NCBI GenBank assembly: GCA_043228905.1
Contig: JBHGNT010000009.1
Span: 15,872,001 to 15,936,000, forward strand
DNA length: 64,000 nt
DNA from: Azolla caroliniana
Lineage: Eukaryota; Plantae; Polypodiophyta
Direction: 5' to 3'
Part shown: piece by piece, positions 1 through 11,566 of the stretch
Numbering within the stretch: the first letter of the stretch is position 1
Layout of the letters: each line of letters starts with the position of its first letter
The notes under the pieces: generated by a model
Seen by the model: the letters and a program-made list of their open reading frames with translations, nothing else
Told to the model about the DNA's origin: nothing
Databases searched by the model: none
Position numbers and translations under genes: made by a program

Positions 1-2873
1 ATTTGGTTGGCCATCTCGGCCCAACTCCTCATTCAGCCCGTGTAGCCGAAATGAGATCAGACTCTCTCTCAAAGCTCCGATATCCTCATCACGCAGAGGC
101 ATGTCAGCCTCGTTGACCTCTTCTTCAGAATTCGGAATGGAATCATGAGGTATTGTAGGTGAAGGCAAGTTCCACGAAGCGGACTCGTCAAACACGACAT
201 CTCGCCTTACGTGAACTTCCTTTGTTCGGGGGTTATAGCACTTATACCCCTTCTTCTCGTCTCAACAGCCGACCAAGATACACTTCTCGGCTTTGGCATC
301 CAACTTCCTCCTCTTCTCCTTCGGCACATGCACATACGCACTGCTGCCGAAAATCCTCAAGTGTGCTAGGTTCGGCTTCTTTCTGAAATACAACTCGTGT
401 GGCGATACTCCTCCATTAGCAAAGGTCCAATTTTGCAAGTAAACAACCGTCCTTACGACTTCAACCTAGTAAAACTTCGGCATATGCTTCTCTTCAAGCA
501 TTGCCCTAGCGACTTCTTCGATTGTCTGATTCTTTCGCTCGGTCACGCCATTCTGCTCCGGTGTGTATCTACATGAGAATTCGTATCAAATTCCTTCCTT
601 ATGCAGATAACTCGTGAACTGGTCGGAGAAGTACTCCTTCCCGTCATCGGACCATAGGCATTTGATCTTACACCCTGTTTCCCTTTCTGCAAGGTTCTTT
701 ACCTTCAGGAAACATGTGAAAACTTCGCTCTTCTTTGCGATCGTATATGCCCAGGTATGCCGAGTGAAGTCATTGATGAAGCTTACAAAGTAACGACTAC
801 CATCAAAGCTCACGTTTTGTGCCGATTCCCATACATCCGAATGGATCAAATCCAGCGGATTTCGACTACGATTACACTCATTGGGGAATGGAAGTCGGTG
901 CTGCTTCCCAAGTTGGCAGGCTTTGCATACTTGGCCATTATGCCCCCGAAATTTCGACAAACCGAAAACAATGTTCGTCGTCTGCATTTCACAAAGCCAT
1001 GGGAAGTTAACGTAGCCGAACCGCTTGTGCCATAGGTCGATATCCGATTCGACCTTTTGTCCTTTTGCGAACAACGCGGTTCTGGCTTGATTGGTGTCGA
1101 GGATGAGCATCCTCCCTTCACGGCGCCCTTGCGCGATAACTTGGCCTTCCTCTTCGACGTAGCACCCAAGGTGTGTGAATCGAACTTGCATCCCCTGGTC
1201 GACGATCTGACTGACAGACATGTGGTTCTTGGTTAATATCGAGACATGCAACACGTTCATGAGTTTCCCTTTCTGCCCGACGTTGCTGAGGGGAACTTCA
1301 CTGACATGTTCGATGGTATACGAAGTGTCGTCTCCCGTTTCAACCACTCCTTGCTTTTCCGGTTTCTCCAAGTATGAGAACCATTCCTCATGAATCTTCA
1401 TATGATTTGATGCTCCCGAATCAACATACCACACCTCGCTCGATTTCGAGGTGTTCACAACCATCGAATTGGCGTTGTGCTTCATTACGAAGGCTGGGCC
1501 CGATCCATTTCCGGCTCGTTCGGAGTCCTCAACATAGTGCGATTTCTGATGCCTTCCTGTGTCTCTTCCGCTCGATCCGGCTTTGTCCGAATCAGCTCTC
1601 TTCTTCCAACACTCACTCTCCCTGTGGCCTTTCTTGCCACAGTACCAACATTCCGTCACAACCTTCTCTTGACAGCTTCCGGCCATGCTGTGACTCCCCC
1701 TGCTTCCGGAGGGTTCGGAATTGCTTCTGACATTTCGATTATGTCGCTCGTTCTGCTCTTTTCGGCCATCTCTATTGTGCACCGATCTACCTCGTCCGCC
1801 ACAACTACGGGGCCTATCTTCCTTCGTGTACAACATCCTACCATTGGTGTGCATACTCGTTGATGCACCCACGTGATTTTCCTCCACGAGCAACATCGAA
1901 TGAATATCAAAGAACGAAGGCGTAATCTCCCTTGTGCAGACCGCCGTCTGGAACGCTCCGAACTTTGATGCTAACCCACCAAGACAAACCTACACCATTT
2001 TGTCCTCCTCGACGTTCACGTTGATGGAGGCGAGAGAGTCACAGATCTCCTTGATTCGGGCCGTGTAATCGGCCATAGACAGATCTTTCTGTCAGACATT
2101 GTTGAGCTCCTGCTTGAGCTGCAACTTCCTGGCCATTGTGGTAGCAGCGAAAATCGTCTTGAGATTCGTCCACGCGTCCTTTATCGTCTTTGCATCACGC
2201 GAAGCAAGAAAGAACTCTGCTTGCTTGCCACTTGTTCCCAAGCCGAAAAATCTCTGTGTGTCGATTCGGGTGCTGCATCATTAGCTCCATCGACATAACT
2301 CCAGTAACCATGACCAAGAAAATACTTGTGCATCTTGTACGACCAAGATGCATAGTTACTCTTGTCAAGCTTCTCAGTTGGTAGCGAGCTTCCCATTCCT
2401 CTGTCCATATTGCTATCTTATCCTTTCCGAAAACAATAACTTAACTCTGTCTTTATTGCAAGCTTATCTGTCGACTATAGAGGAGTCTCAACCTTCGTGC
2501 TTTGATACCATATAAAAGAATACGTGTGCGGAAGCGTATGCATAAGACACTGAGTACACGGTTCGGAAGTACGACACTTTGGTAAAACACAGAAATCACA
2601 GAGAAGGAGAGGGAGAGAGAGAGCGCAGAAAACGTAACTATATTCAGAAATAATTCTCTATATATTCTCTGTACATACTTGGTACAAGTATTACAGTATC
2701 TCACTGCTCATAAATGAGCATCCTACACTTACCCCCAAAATAATTCCTTGAGAGGAATAACATTCTAACTGCCTCTCGGTTTACATACCGCTACGACCAT
2801 ATTTTGCGTACGGTTTTACGCACCCAGTCTACGCACCTGTTTACACACCCAATGTTGAGCTTGTCTCTCAACA
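1..2873 (-). mobile_element. Ty1/copia LTR retrotransposon, 5' part (5' LTR, PBS, gag, protease, integrase), degenerate; runs off the window start
   Basis: PBS TGGTATCAAAGC (tRNA-iMet type) at 2499-2510. Gag EKLDKSNYASWSYKM, zinc knuckle CWYCGKKGHRESEC, protease WYVDSGASNHM, integrase LWHKRFG...C..C and IHSDVW. Stops and frameshifts present. Confidence 0.95.
2511..2873 (-). repeat. 5' LTR of the copia element
   Basis: Abuts the PBS. Begins TGTTGAGAGACAAGCTCAACA on the minus strand, like the other copia LTRs in the window. Confidence 0.85.
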
Positions 2874-3223
2874 TTCCTCATCCTCCAAAGCTTTTTGAGC
2901 TCTCTCTTCTTTTGACTTTATATCTATTTTTGCATTTTTTCTTTCCTCCAATGTAGTTTCATAACAGGCATGTAGCCTTGTTAAGATCTACGACATATAG
3001 AAACATGGAAAATTATATATTCATAGAGATACTAACAAGAAAAATAATAGTATGAATTAAATCCTTACCCTAATCATGTATATGTGAATAATCAATCCAC
3101 TAATACAAACATGCAAAGATACCATATGTAGACCAATGGTAAAGAAACTTTAACATCAATCCTAATATGGAAGCTTAGATGAATTATAACCTTCACGTAA
3201 ATAATCATGAACACACCCACAAA

Positions 3224-3443
3224 TAACAATTAGCAACGGTTTGGTTTGAACCAAACCGAACCACGAAATCACGGCTTAATGGTTTCAACGGTTCGGTTCG
3301 GTTCAGTTCAGTTCGACCCCTCATCGGTTTAACGGTTTAGGTTTAAAAGGTTTGAAACCCATGGTTTAAACGGCTTAACGGTTTGGGTGAAAGTTTTATA
3401 AATATTTTCTTTTAACACATTTTTTAAAGGTCAGTTGTATCAA
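3224..3443 (+). mobile_element. Orphan left end of a hAT-family DNA transposon
   Basis: TAACAATTAGCAACGGTTTGG... aligns with the hAT left end at 30050-30285 and has the same GGTTY/AACCG subterminal repeats. Truncated by a copia LTR. Confidence 0.8.
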
Positions 3444-4596
3444 TTTTAGAAAATTTGAAAATAGGTTTTGACCAAACTTCTAAAAAACACATCTTCTGCT
3501 GCTTCTTCTTCTTCGAAAACAAACTCTCTAGTTTCTGTTGAGATTTTGACACAGGGTACAAGATTATGGCAAACAGGAATGATGGAACAACTTGGAATGC
3601 AAATAAGAAATTTGATTAACAAAATAAGCTGGTAATACACCAACTGAGAGAGATGGCTAAAAGATGCAAGGATGCAGAGCACAACAAACAGGTTCCCCAA
3701 CTTCCTCTTTATATAGCGGAGGAAGTGGAGGGAAAAATGAGGTAAGCTTTTGAAATACAACTAATATGAAAACTAAAATACAACTAATGTGAAAAACTGA
3801 AATACAACTAATGTGAAAAATTGTTTCCTTTTACTAATAATAACTTGGGGTGTGGGGTTATATTTAGTAATTAACTAAGTAGTTGCTCATTGACAACTAA
3901 TTAGTTAATTATAAGTTCTAACACCCCCCTTAACACCAACACCACACTTGAGGCCAATGTTTTGACAACATGACCAGTGTTTGAGAGAAGGGACTAGTTT
4001 TGTCAAAAAATCAACCCACATGGTAAGAGTGGGAGTATAACCAATCTGTAAGACGCCATCTTCAAATAATTCACACAAGAAATGATATCGAGCCTGAATA
4101 TGCTTATTTTGATCAGTGATTTTAGGATTCCGTGAAATCTTTACGCATGTTTGGTTATCACAACAAAGTCGAAATTCGGTTATGTGGATGATGTCGAGTT
4201 CCGAAAAAATTGATTGTAGCCAAAGTCCCTCAGCAACCAAAGTAGCTGCAATATATTATGCTTCGGTGGAGGATAATGCCACGGTAGCTTGTTTCTTGGT
4301 TCTCCATGTAATGGCATCACCAGCAAAAGTGAAAACAAACCCAGATGTGGACCGAGATGTGTCCTTATCACCTCCCCAATCCGCATCTGTCCAACCTTGA
4401 AGGACCACCATGTCTCATTTAGAGGAGGGATATAAGGCTTTATAGGTTAGTGTCATATCTCTTGAATATTTCAAGTAGCGGAGGACACGTTTCAAAGCTT
4501 CCCAATGACGAGGGCCAGGGTTCTCCATTACCCTAGATAAGAATCCCGTAGAATAGGATAGGTCTGGCCGAGTGCAACTCACCAAGTATCTTAAAC
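3444..4596 (-). mobile_element. Ty1/copia 3' end: RT C-terminus, RNase H, PPT, 3' LTR (~3444-3923)
   Basis: LRYLVSCTRPD, WTDADWGG, CDNQ..., KHIQARYHFL motifs. PPT AAGGGGGG at 3924-3931 followed by TGTTAGAAC. Left LTR edge is approximate. Confidence 0.88.
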
Positions 4597-6185
4597 TATT
4601 GGGAAATTGGTCCCTCCGGATGGGATCCGGTGAGAACTGGAAGAGACCCGGTGTCGTGAAGATTTTCGGCAACGATGTGAAAATGGAATGGAATGTACAA
4701 AATCGAGTGTGGTTCTTCACACACAACATAAAACAATAATAGTGAAGATACTATTTTATACTAGTTTAATATCTTGGTACAAAAAGATGGAGGTCTTCAA
4801 GAGCTTTCGAATACACTTTATTTACCACATAAGAAACGGACAACTAAGTGGCAAGTTATGTGGGTATGAAGTTTGCGAAGAAGAAGAGAAAAAACAAACT
4901 ACGAGATATCCCACATAGACAGGACAAATAAGGATATCAGAGTATATAAGCAGGGCCAAAATCTATTACTTTGTGTCTATGAGTGGATTATAGAATGTCC
5001 AAGGTGAATTGAGCAAAACTAATCGGATAAATGGGTGTGGCCTAACTACTTGTAAAGGTTTTGGCCGACCGGACGGAGTCGGCGAGACGGGGACCGGGGA
5101 CCGAATGGTGATGGACAGGATCGGATCAAGATCGGATTGAACCGGTCGGGACAGACGGATCGGTTGGTTGATTGGGGTGCATGGTGTTTTGAAGATTTTT
5201 GGTGTAAATACAAGACCAAAAGCCTATAATATTTTGTGTTTTTTTAAAAGGGATGTGAGCAAGGCTTGAACCTTGCACTTCCAAGATAGGAAGCAATATA
5301 CTTACCACTAAGCAAAGAAAATAGAAATTATAATTTTATCATTATACTTTTACATGTAAATTCTCATACATGAGAGCTTAGATGATGGCGTGGCAAGCAT
5401 GCATTGCATGCATTACGTGCATGTCTTGCACCCCATGCACCATATGCATGGGGGCATCTATAAAAGAGTGGAGGAATCAAGAAAATATGACTAATGAAAA
5501 TTTTGGGAAAAATAAGAAACTTGTAATCCTATTGTTGATGTATCTTCTCTCTTAAATCTAAAAGTTAAAAGTTCAATCTTTATCTCAATATCTCTCTTTC
5601 GTCATATCAGTCTCTCTCAATCTATTTCTAGCCCTAAGTTCATATAAGTATAAATATGACTTAGGGCAATCACTTAGTATAGTGTGCATAGTGTTGTTGT
5701 CATACTGTTGAAACTGTTGTATAGAGAGCAACAAAGAGAGAGTGTGTGAGATATAGAGCGATACTCTATTGTAACCGCCGGTTGGCAAATATATAGAGCT
5801 CGAGGTCGTTGCCTCTGAGGCTCTGAATGTACCTTTCTTATATAGTGATAGTTTGGAGTCTGTGGGCTCCCGTGGTTTTTCCCTATTAGGGTTTTCCACG
5901 TAAACATCCAGTGTATTTCCTTGTGTACTCTCCATTTCCCATTTCTGTGTTTCATTCTCATAGAAGTGATTCAAGACTCGATTGTGGCCGAGCAATATTC
6001 CGCGCTATTCTCTTCAACCTGGTATCACAGCAAACAACACAGGAAATGGAAGAATCGTTCGGCGATATGTTCAAGCTCACCGGCTCCAACTACTCAGTGT
6101 GGATGTCAAAGATGAGCGATATGTTGGAGGTTAAAGATCTTTGGTTGCCGGTTCAGTTCGGGGACAACAGACCGGATAAGATCGA
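4597..6185 (+). mobile_element. Ty1/copia (Tork/Tnt1-like) 5' LTR (~4597-6016), PBS and gag start; truncated by a gypsy insertion
   Basis: Start TATTGGGA..GGTCCCTCCGGATGGGA, the TATAAATATGACTTAGGGC box and the U5 region match the LTR at 61481-62160. PBS TGGTATCACAGC at 6020-6031. Gag MEESFGDMFKLTGSNYSVW. Confidence 0.88.
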
Positions 6186-7919
6186 TGTCAGAACCAAGGA
6201 TAAAAGATAGAGTGATGGAAGAAGGATATTAGAGAACACGAGAAGAATGGATGTATAAGATAGAGAAAGAAAGAGAATGGATACAAGGTATGTAATGAGA
6301 GCTAAAGACTGGTGTTGATTCGAATTGATTTGAGAATACATGTATGCCCTTATTAATAGGTTCCTATAGAATAGATTAGAGATTTCTAGAATGTTCTAGA
6401 ATGTTCTAGACCTAAAATGCTCTAGGACATTCTAGAACATTCTAGAATAATCTAGAGTTTTTACAATAATCAATGTAATATAAGAAGTAGCTTTTATTGT
6501 TTCATATAACAATAAGCTATCTTAATGGTTGAGGTTTTCAAGTATGGATTACAAGGTTCGAGGTTCAAGTCCGGGTGATGCCATAACGGTCATGTGTTCA
6601 TGGCACTATCCCTCCTTCAGCATTACAAACGTTATCGATGGGTTCCCAAGTGCGATCACTCGGAGGATAGCCAAGCCAATCAACTAGATAATAAAGTTTA
6701 TTGCGCACAATCTTAGAATCGAGAATAGCAGCTACCTCGTATTCGGGGCCGTCCACAAGTTGTACAGAAGGCGGTGGTGGCACGACACGATTAGGAATTA
6801 AAGAGGTGCGGCAAGGTTCCAAAAGAGAGCAATGAAAGACAGGGTGAAGCCGCATATGCACAGGAAGGTTAAGACGAAATGTTGCATCATTAATCTGCGC
6901 CGTGATGACAAAAGGACCTAAGCGTTGATAGTCAAGCTTAGCACACGGTCGGGTAGTCTTGATGTGACGACGAAGCAACCATACACCGCTACCAACCTTA
7001 AACAGAGACTTAAGACGATGTCGATTGGCATTGGTCTTATGGTGTGCTTGCGCTTTTTGAAGATGTGACGATAACTCGAACTGGATTTGTTGTAGTCGGT
7101 GGAGGTGATGCGCCACACTAGGGTTTCGTGACACCTCGGGAAGATCCAGTATACACCATCGAGGGTGGTTGCCGGTGTAGGCAAAGAAAGGTGTAACTTT
7201 GGTAAAAGAGTGGACCGTGTTGTTGTATGTAAACTCGGCAAGATGTAAAATATTACTCCAATCATCTTGTTGATAACTAATGAAACATCGAAGATATTTC
7301 TCGAGTGTTTGATTTGTGCGCTCTGTTTGTCGGTCAGTTTGTGGATGATATGCCGAAGAGAGTTTGCAAGAGATTTTGAGGCCTGCCCATAGGTGCTTCC
7401 AAAAGTGTGAGATAAATTGAGGACCTCGATCGCTAATAATATCCTTCGGGAGACCATGATGGCGAAACACTTCACGCATAATGAGATCTGTAGTTTCTTC
7501 ACTATTGATGGTCTTTAGACATGGTACAAAATGTGCCATCTTGGTGAACCGATCCACTACTGTTAAAATAGTATCAAAGCCTTTGGAAGGTGGCAGATCC
7601 GTAATGAAATCCATAGAAATAGACTGCCATGGCTTGTTGGGAGGGGGTAATGGTTGTAGTAAGCCATAAGTGTGATGCCGGGGTACTTTGGCGCGACAAC
7701 AGGTGTCACAAGTGCGAACATAATCTTCGACAAATTTTTGCAAGTGAGGCCACCAAAACGAACGTTTCACCAGCTCAATGGTCTTCGAAATACCAAAATG
7801 TCCAACCATGGGGGCATCATGACAATGTTCCAACACTTGAAGTCGGGGTGATCCGTTGGGGACGTAAAGGAGATTCTTGTAGAAGAGTAAGCCATCTTGC
7901 CACTTGAAGTCCTGATAAT
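6186..7919 (-). mobile_element. Ty3/gypsy chromovirus copy A: 3' LTR (6186-6605), chromodomain and integrase
   Basis: TGTCA...TGGCA LTR homologous to 34867-35310. Integrase H..GH, C..C, SISMDFIT, SDRGPQF, ERTNQTLE. Chromodomain EYEVAAILDS...YLVDWLGY...TWEP. Confidence 0.95.
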
Positions 7920-9067
7920 CAAGAACCCTTGCAACATAGCATTCATTAGTTGTAGTTGATGTGATATAAGATTTTCTTGCCATCTTGCCCTACCGTGCCT
8001 TCATCATCAAGAACCCTTGCAACATAGCATTCATTAGTTGTAGTTGATGTGATATAAGATTTTCTTTTGCTCATCCAATCAGTCAGAGACATTCACAAGA
8101 AATAAACCTATAATGTGCAATATTGTTTCTTGAATATCTAAAGATCCTCTTGGGTTGTTCACTGTGCATCTTATAAATAGGCATCTTGCCCCTGAGTTTG
8201 CTCTAATCTCCTGTTTGTAAATTAAATTTGCGTCCTAGCTCTGTGTAATCATCAACCTTTGTTAAAAACTCCTCTGAAGAGATCAAATTGAAGAAGAAAC
8301 TCCCAAGAAAAATGTAAATTGAATGCAACTATATGTATTCAAAGGGCTAAACGTTGGCATAACACAGTAACGTGTGATGTTGAAATGATAATGGAGGAAA
8401 AAATGGCGCAAAAGGAATTAAAATTGACTTCAAAATTATCAAGATTGAAATTGTGGTAACATCCCTTTTAACAAATAAAAAATTATACAGAAGTATAGAA
8501 CATTGTCACAAGGGATGGGGTGTAAGACCAGAGTCCAGGAATGGGGAGAGACAATCAGGAGTCAATGCAATATAGAAAAGTAAAGGTAAAATATATCTGT
8601 AAGTACATATGCTCTAAGATATATTGAAAGCATACAAGTGTCAAAAACAGACCACCCCGAGAAGGGATAGGGATGATAATGCACAAGCAGGCTTCCATGA
8701 GGGGCAATTCGTGTTAGCAATAAGGCATTAAAATCATTGGAAATAAATGGGCAGCCCATGGGTATAATTTTCAAAATTTGAATATTCTTTCCAGTACACT
8801 TCAAATTCTAAAATAGTTCTTAATGTAATATTTCATTCAAAGTGTATACAAAGTTCAAACCAAATAATATTATACTAGAAGTTGAGGCGAATGATGCCAT
8901 GTTGACACTAAAGAAGTTAAATGAATGTATATTGAGCTAATTATAAATTGCAAGTTGATTATAATCCTTAAATATGTTGTGTAAAATTTCACGTTAACTT
9001 TACAGGACATTATGGATTAAATTTGTACGAAAAAGAAAACAAAAAACTTTAGATCGCAGGTAGCACT

Positions 9068-10579
9068 GTGTCTACAAACTTGTATCTAAAATCTTCCCTA
9101 ACATCTGATGGTGCTAGTGATGCTATTATGGCCTCGAATGAGTTGGGTAGATTGTTACATGATATGCATGGAGATGATATTTTGCCTTCATCAAATATGT
9201 TGAGATGTATGGTTCATGTATTTCAACTTGGTATTAAGGCTGCATTAGAGGTCATCTCACCTTCCACTATGAAGTCGAGAAATATTTTGTTATCCATATG
9301 TTCTAATAAAATTCGTAGAGCTATATTTAGAAAGTATTCTAAATCAATGTATGAGCATGGAGAGCAGGAGCCACCTTGCCTTGATATCATTACAAGATGG
9401 AATTCCACCTTAGAAATGTATCAAGAAGCCTTGAAACTTAGAGATGTTTTAAGTTGCACTATAGCCGACTCTATTATTGTTGTGGATTTCGTTGATAGTA
9501 TGCTTACTATAGATATTGGAACCACATACAAGCAATGGAGCAATGGCTTCTTCTACCTTCTAGAATTTGTACCTATTTAAGTGGGTCAAAGTACCCCACC
9601 CTCTCAATAGCTTCTCTTGCCTTCAATGGCATGTTAACACATTGTAACAAGTATTTGGGAGTGGATGTGGGATCAATAGAATCTAGCTCAAGTAAGGAAA
9701 CTCTCGAACTGCAAGAAAAAGCTAGTGAGAAATGTTTCCAATATTTGATAAGATATCAAGAATCGTTGAAATTCATATATTCTCGAATTGCGATCTTTCT
9801 TGATGCACGGTATGTTACTCTATTAATAGTTTTTTTCATACATAATAAATTGATTGCTATATGTTTTCTCATACATAATGTGTTTCATCTTCATATATGT
9901 TTTTTCAGAGTTCCAATATCCAATAACACAATTGAGAGGAATTTGGATATTGATTTGGTTCACAAAGTATTGGAAAAAAATTATGTAGTTTATGTTCCAA
10001 ACTCTATTGATGAAACACATGAAAGAAATCTTACAAAACATGAAGATATTTGGGAAATCTTAGGTGTCAATAAGCCTTCTCAAGAATCAATGTCATCTTC
10101 ACAATTAGAAATAGAACAGTTTATGAGATTTCCTCGAGCACAAACCAATACCGATCCAATTCAATGGTGGTTCAACAATAGGTTTGCTTCACATTTCTCA
10201 ATTATAAATTTAACATTTTTCATCAATTTTGTGCAAAACCAGTTTCTAAATGTTTGTTTACATTTAAACCAAGTTTGCTTTACCTCAAATGTACAAGATG
10301 GCGTGTTACTATTTAGCAATACTAGCATCATCAGTGCATTCAGAGGAGGCTAATTCTGAAGCAAAATATAACTTTCAAGATAGAATTTGTCTACACTCAT
10401 GCACTTTCAAGGCTGAAATGTGCATTAGGTCATGGTTGGATGTCCTTAATGAGGCAAATGTTTCATTACCTAAAGACTTTAGTGAAGCGTATAATAAGTT
10501 GGATATAGATGTGGAAGATATTGCTATGGAGGATGATGTAGTTGACTATATTTTGAGTCAAATTAGAACATGTGCTTAA
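9068..10579 (+). pseudogene. hAT transposase C-terminal half, duplicated copy without TIRs
   Basis: Same translation as 32368-33879: TSDGAS, RCMVHVFQL, DIITRWNST, SGSKYPTL, hAT dimerisation region LAILASSVHSEEANS. Confidence 0.9.
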
Positions 10580-10640
10580 TTGCCCATATATTTCTTTTTA
10601 ATTTCGAACATTTTACTTTTATACTCTTGTCATTCATATT

Positions 10641-11566
10641 TGTAAAGAATCGGGTATGATTCTTGTGTAGCGGAAGAGATATGTGTTATGTGTATGTGTG
10701 AGAGGAAATAGAGAAGAGAAGAGAAGACACAAGATGGATAGATAGAATTGAAATAGAATAATCAAGAAGAAGAAGAACATGTATATTCACAAGGAGAATA
10801 TGAAATACAAAAATGTAGCATTACAAGGAGTCACAACCGACTTAATATGAAGTATGGGGAGGGTGCTTTATATATAGTAACCCTCTCTCTTCATTAACTA
10901 ACTACAACAAACACTCTCTCTTGGGGAATGTGAAGACTCATTGTCATGGGGAATATGTAACTCATTAGTTATATGTCATAGAATATGATTCTATGACACA
11001 TAGTTAATGTGTAGAGAGTAGTGGTGTCACTCTTGACCTTTGAGTAATCATAGATTCTCAAAAAGTGTGTTCACACGTTGAACTATGTTGAGCTTGATTC
11101 TCAACACACACCCTCAAGCTCAACTCGGCTCGGTTCCTTTCTATTGATGTTCGCTTCGGCTTGTATCCGGTTCGGACGATCTCTGGTGTCCGCTTCGGCT
11201 CGTACCCGGTTTGGATGGTATCTGGTTCTTGCTTGTACTCCTCCTCAAGCTTGGCAAGTCAATGATCGCTAATCCAAGGTCTAACATGAATTGCCAAAGC
11301 TTGTCAGCACCTAGGGTCTTGGTGAAGATGTCAATTGTCTGAAAATTCGTGTTGATGTGTAGAAGATCGACATCTCCGGCTTGAGCACGCTCTCGAATGA
11401 AGTGGTAGTGCACTTCGATATGCTTTGTTCGTTCATGGAACACTGGGTTTTGGGCCAGATATATACTACTCATGTTGTCGCAGTAAATGGGAGTCAGATC
11501 CTTGATGGGAACGCCCAGATCCTTCAAAATCTTCGTGAGGCATACGGCTTCACACGCAGCTACGGT
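10641..11566 (-). mobile_element. Duplicated copia 3' LTR (10641-11106) plus RNase H end
   Basis: Copy of 33941-34866. YCDNMS..., RTKHIEVHYHF. Confidence 0.92.

Noticed and set aside
6598-7983. Integrase ORF with a unique N-terminus MARKSYITSTT
   Set aside because: The N-terminus comes from the filler DNA at the repair junction.
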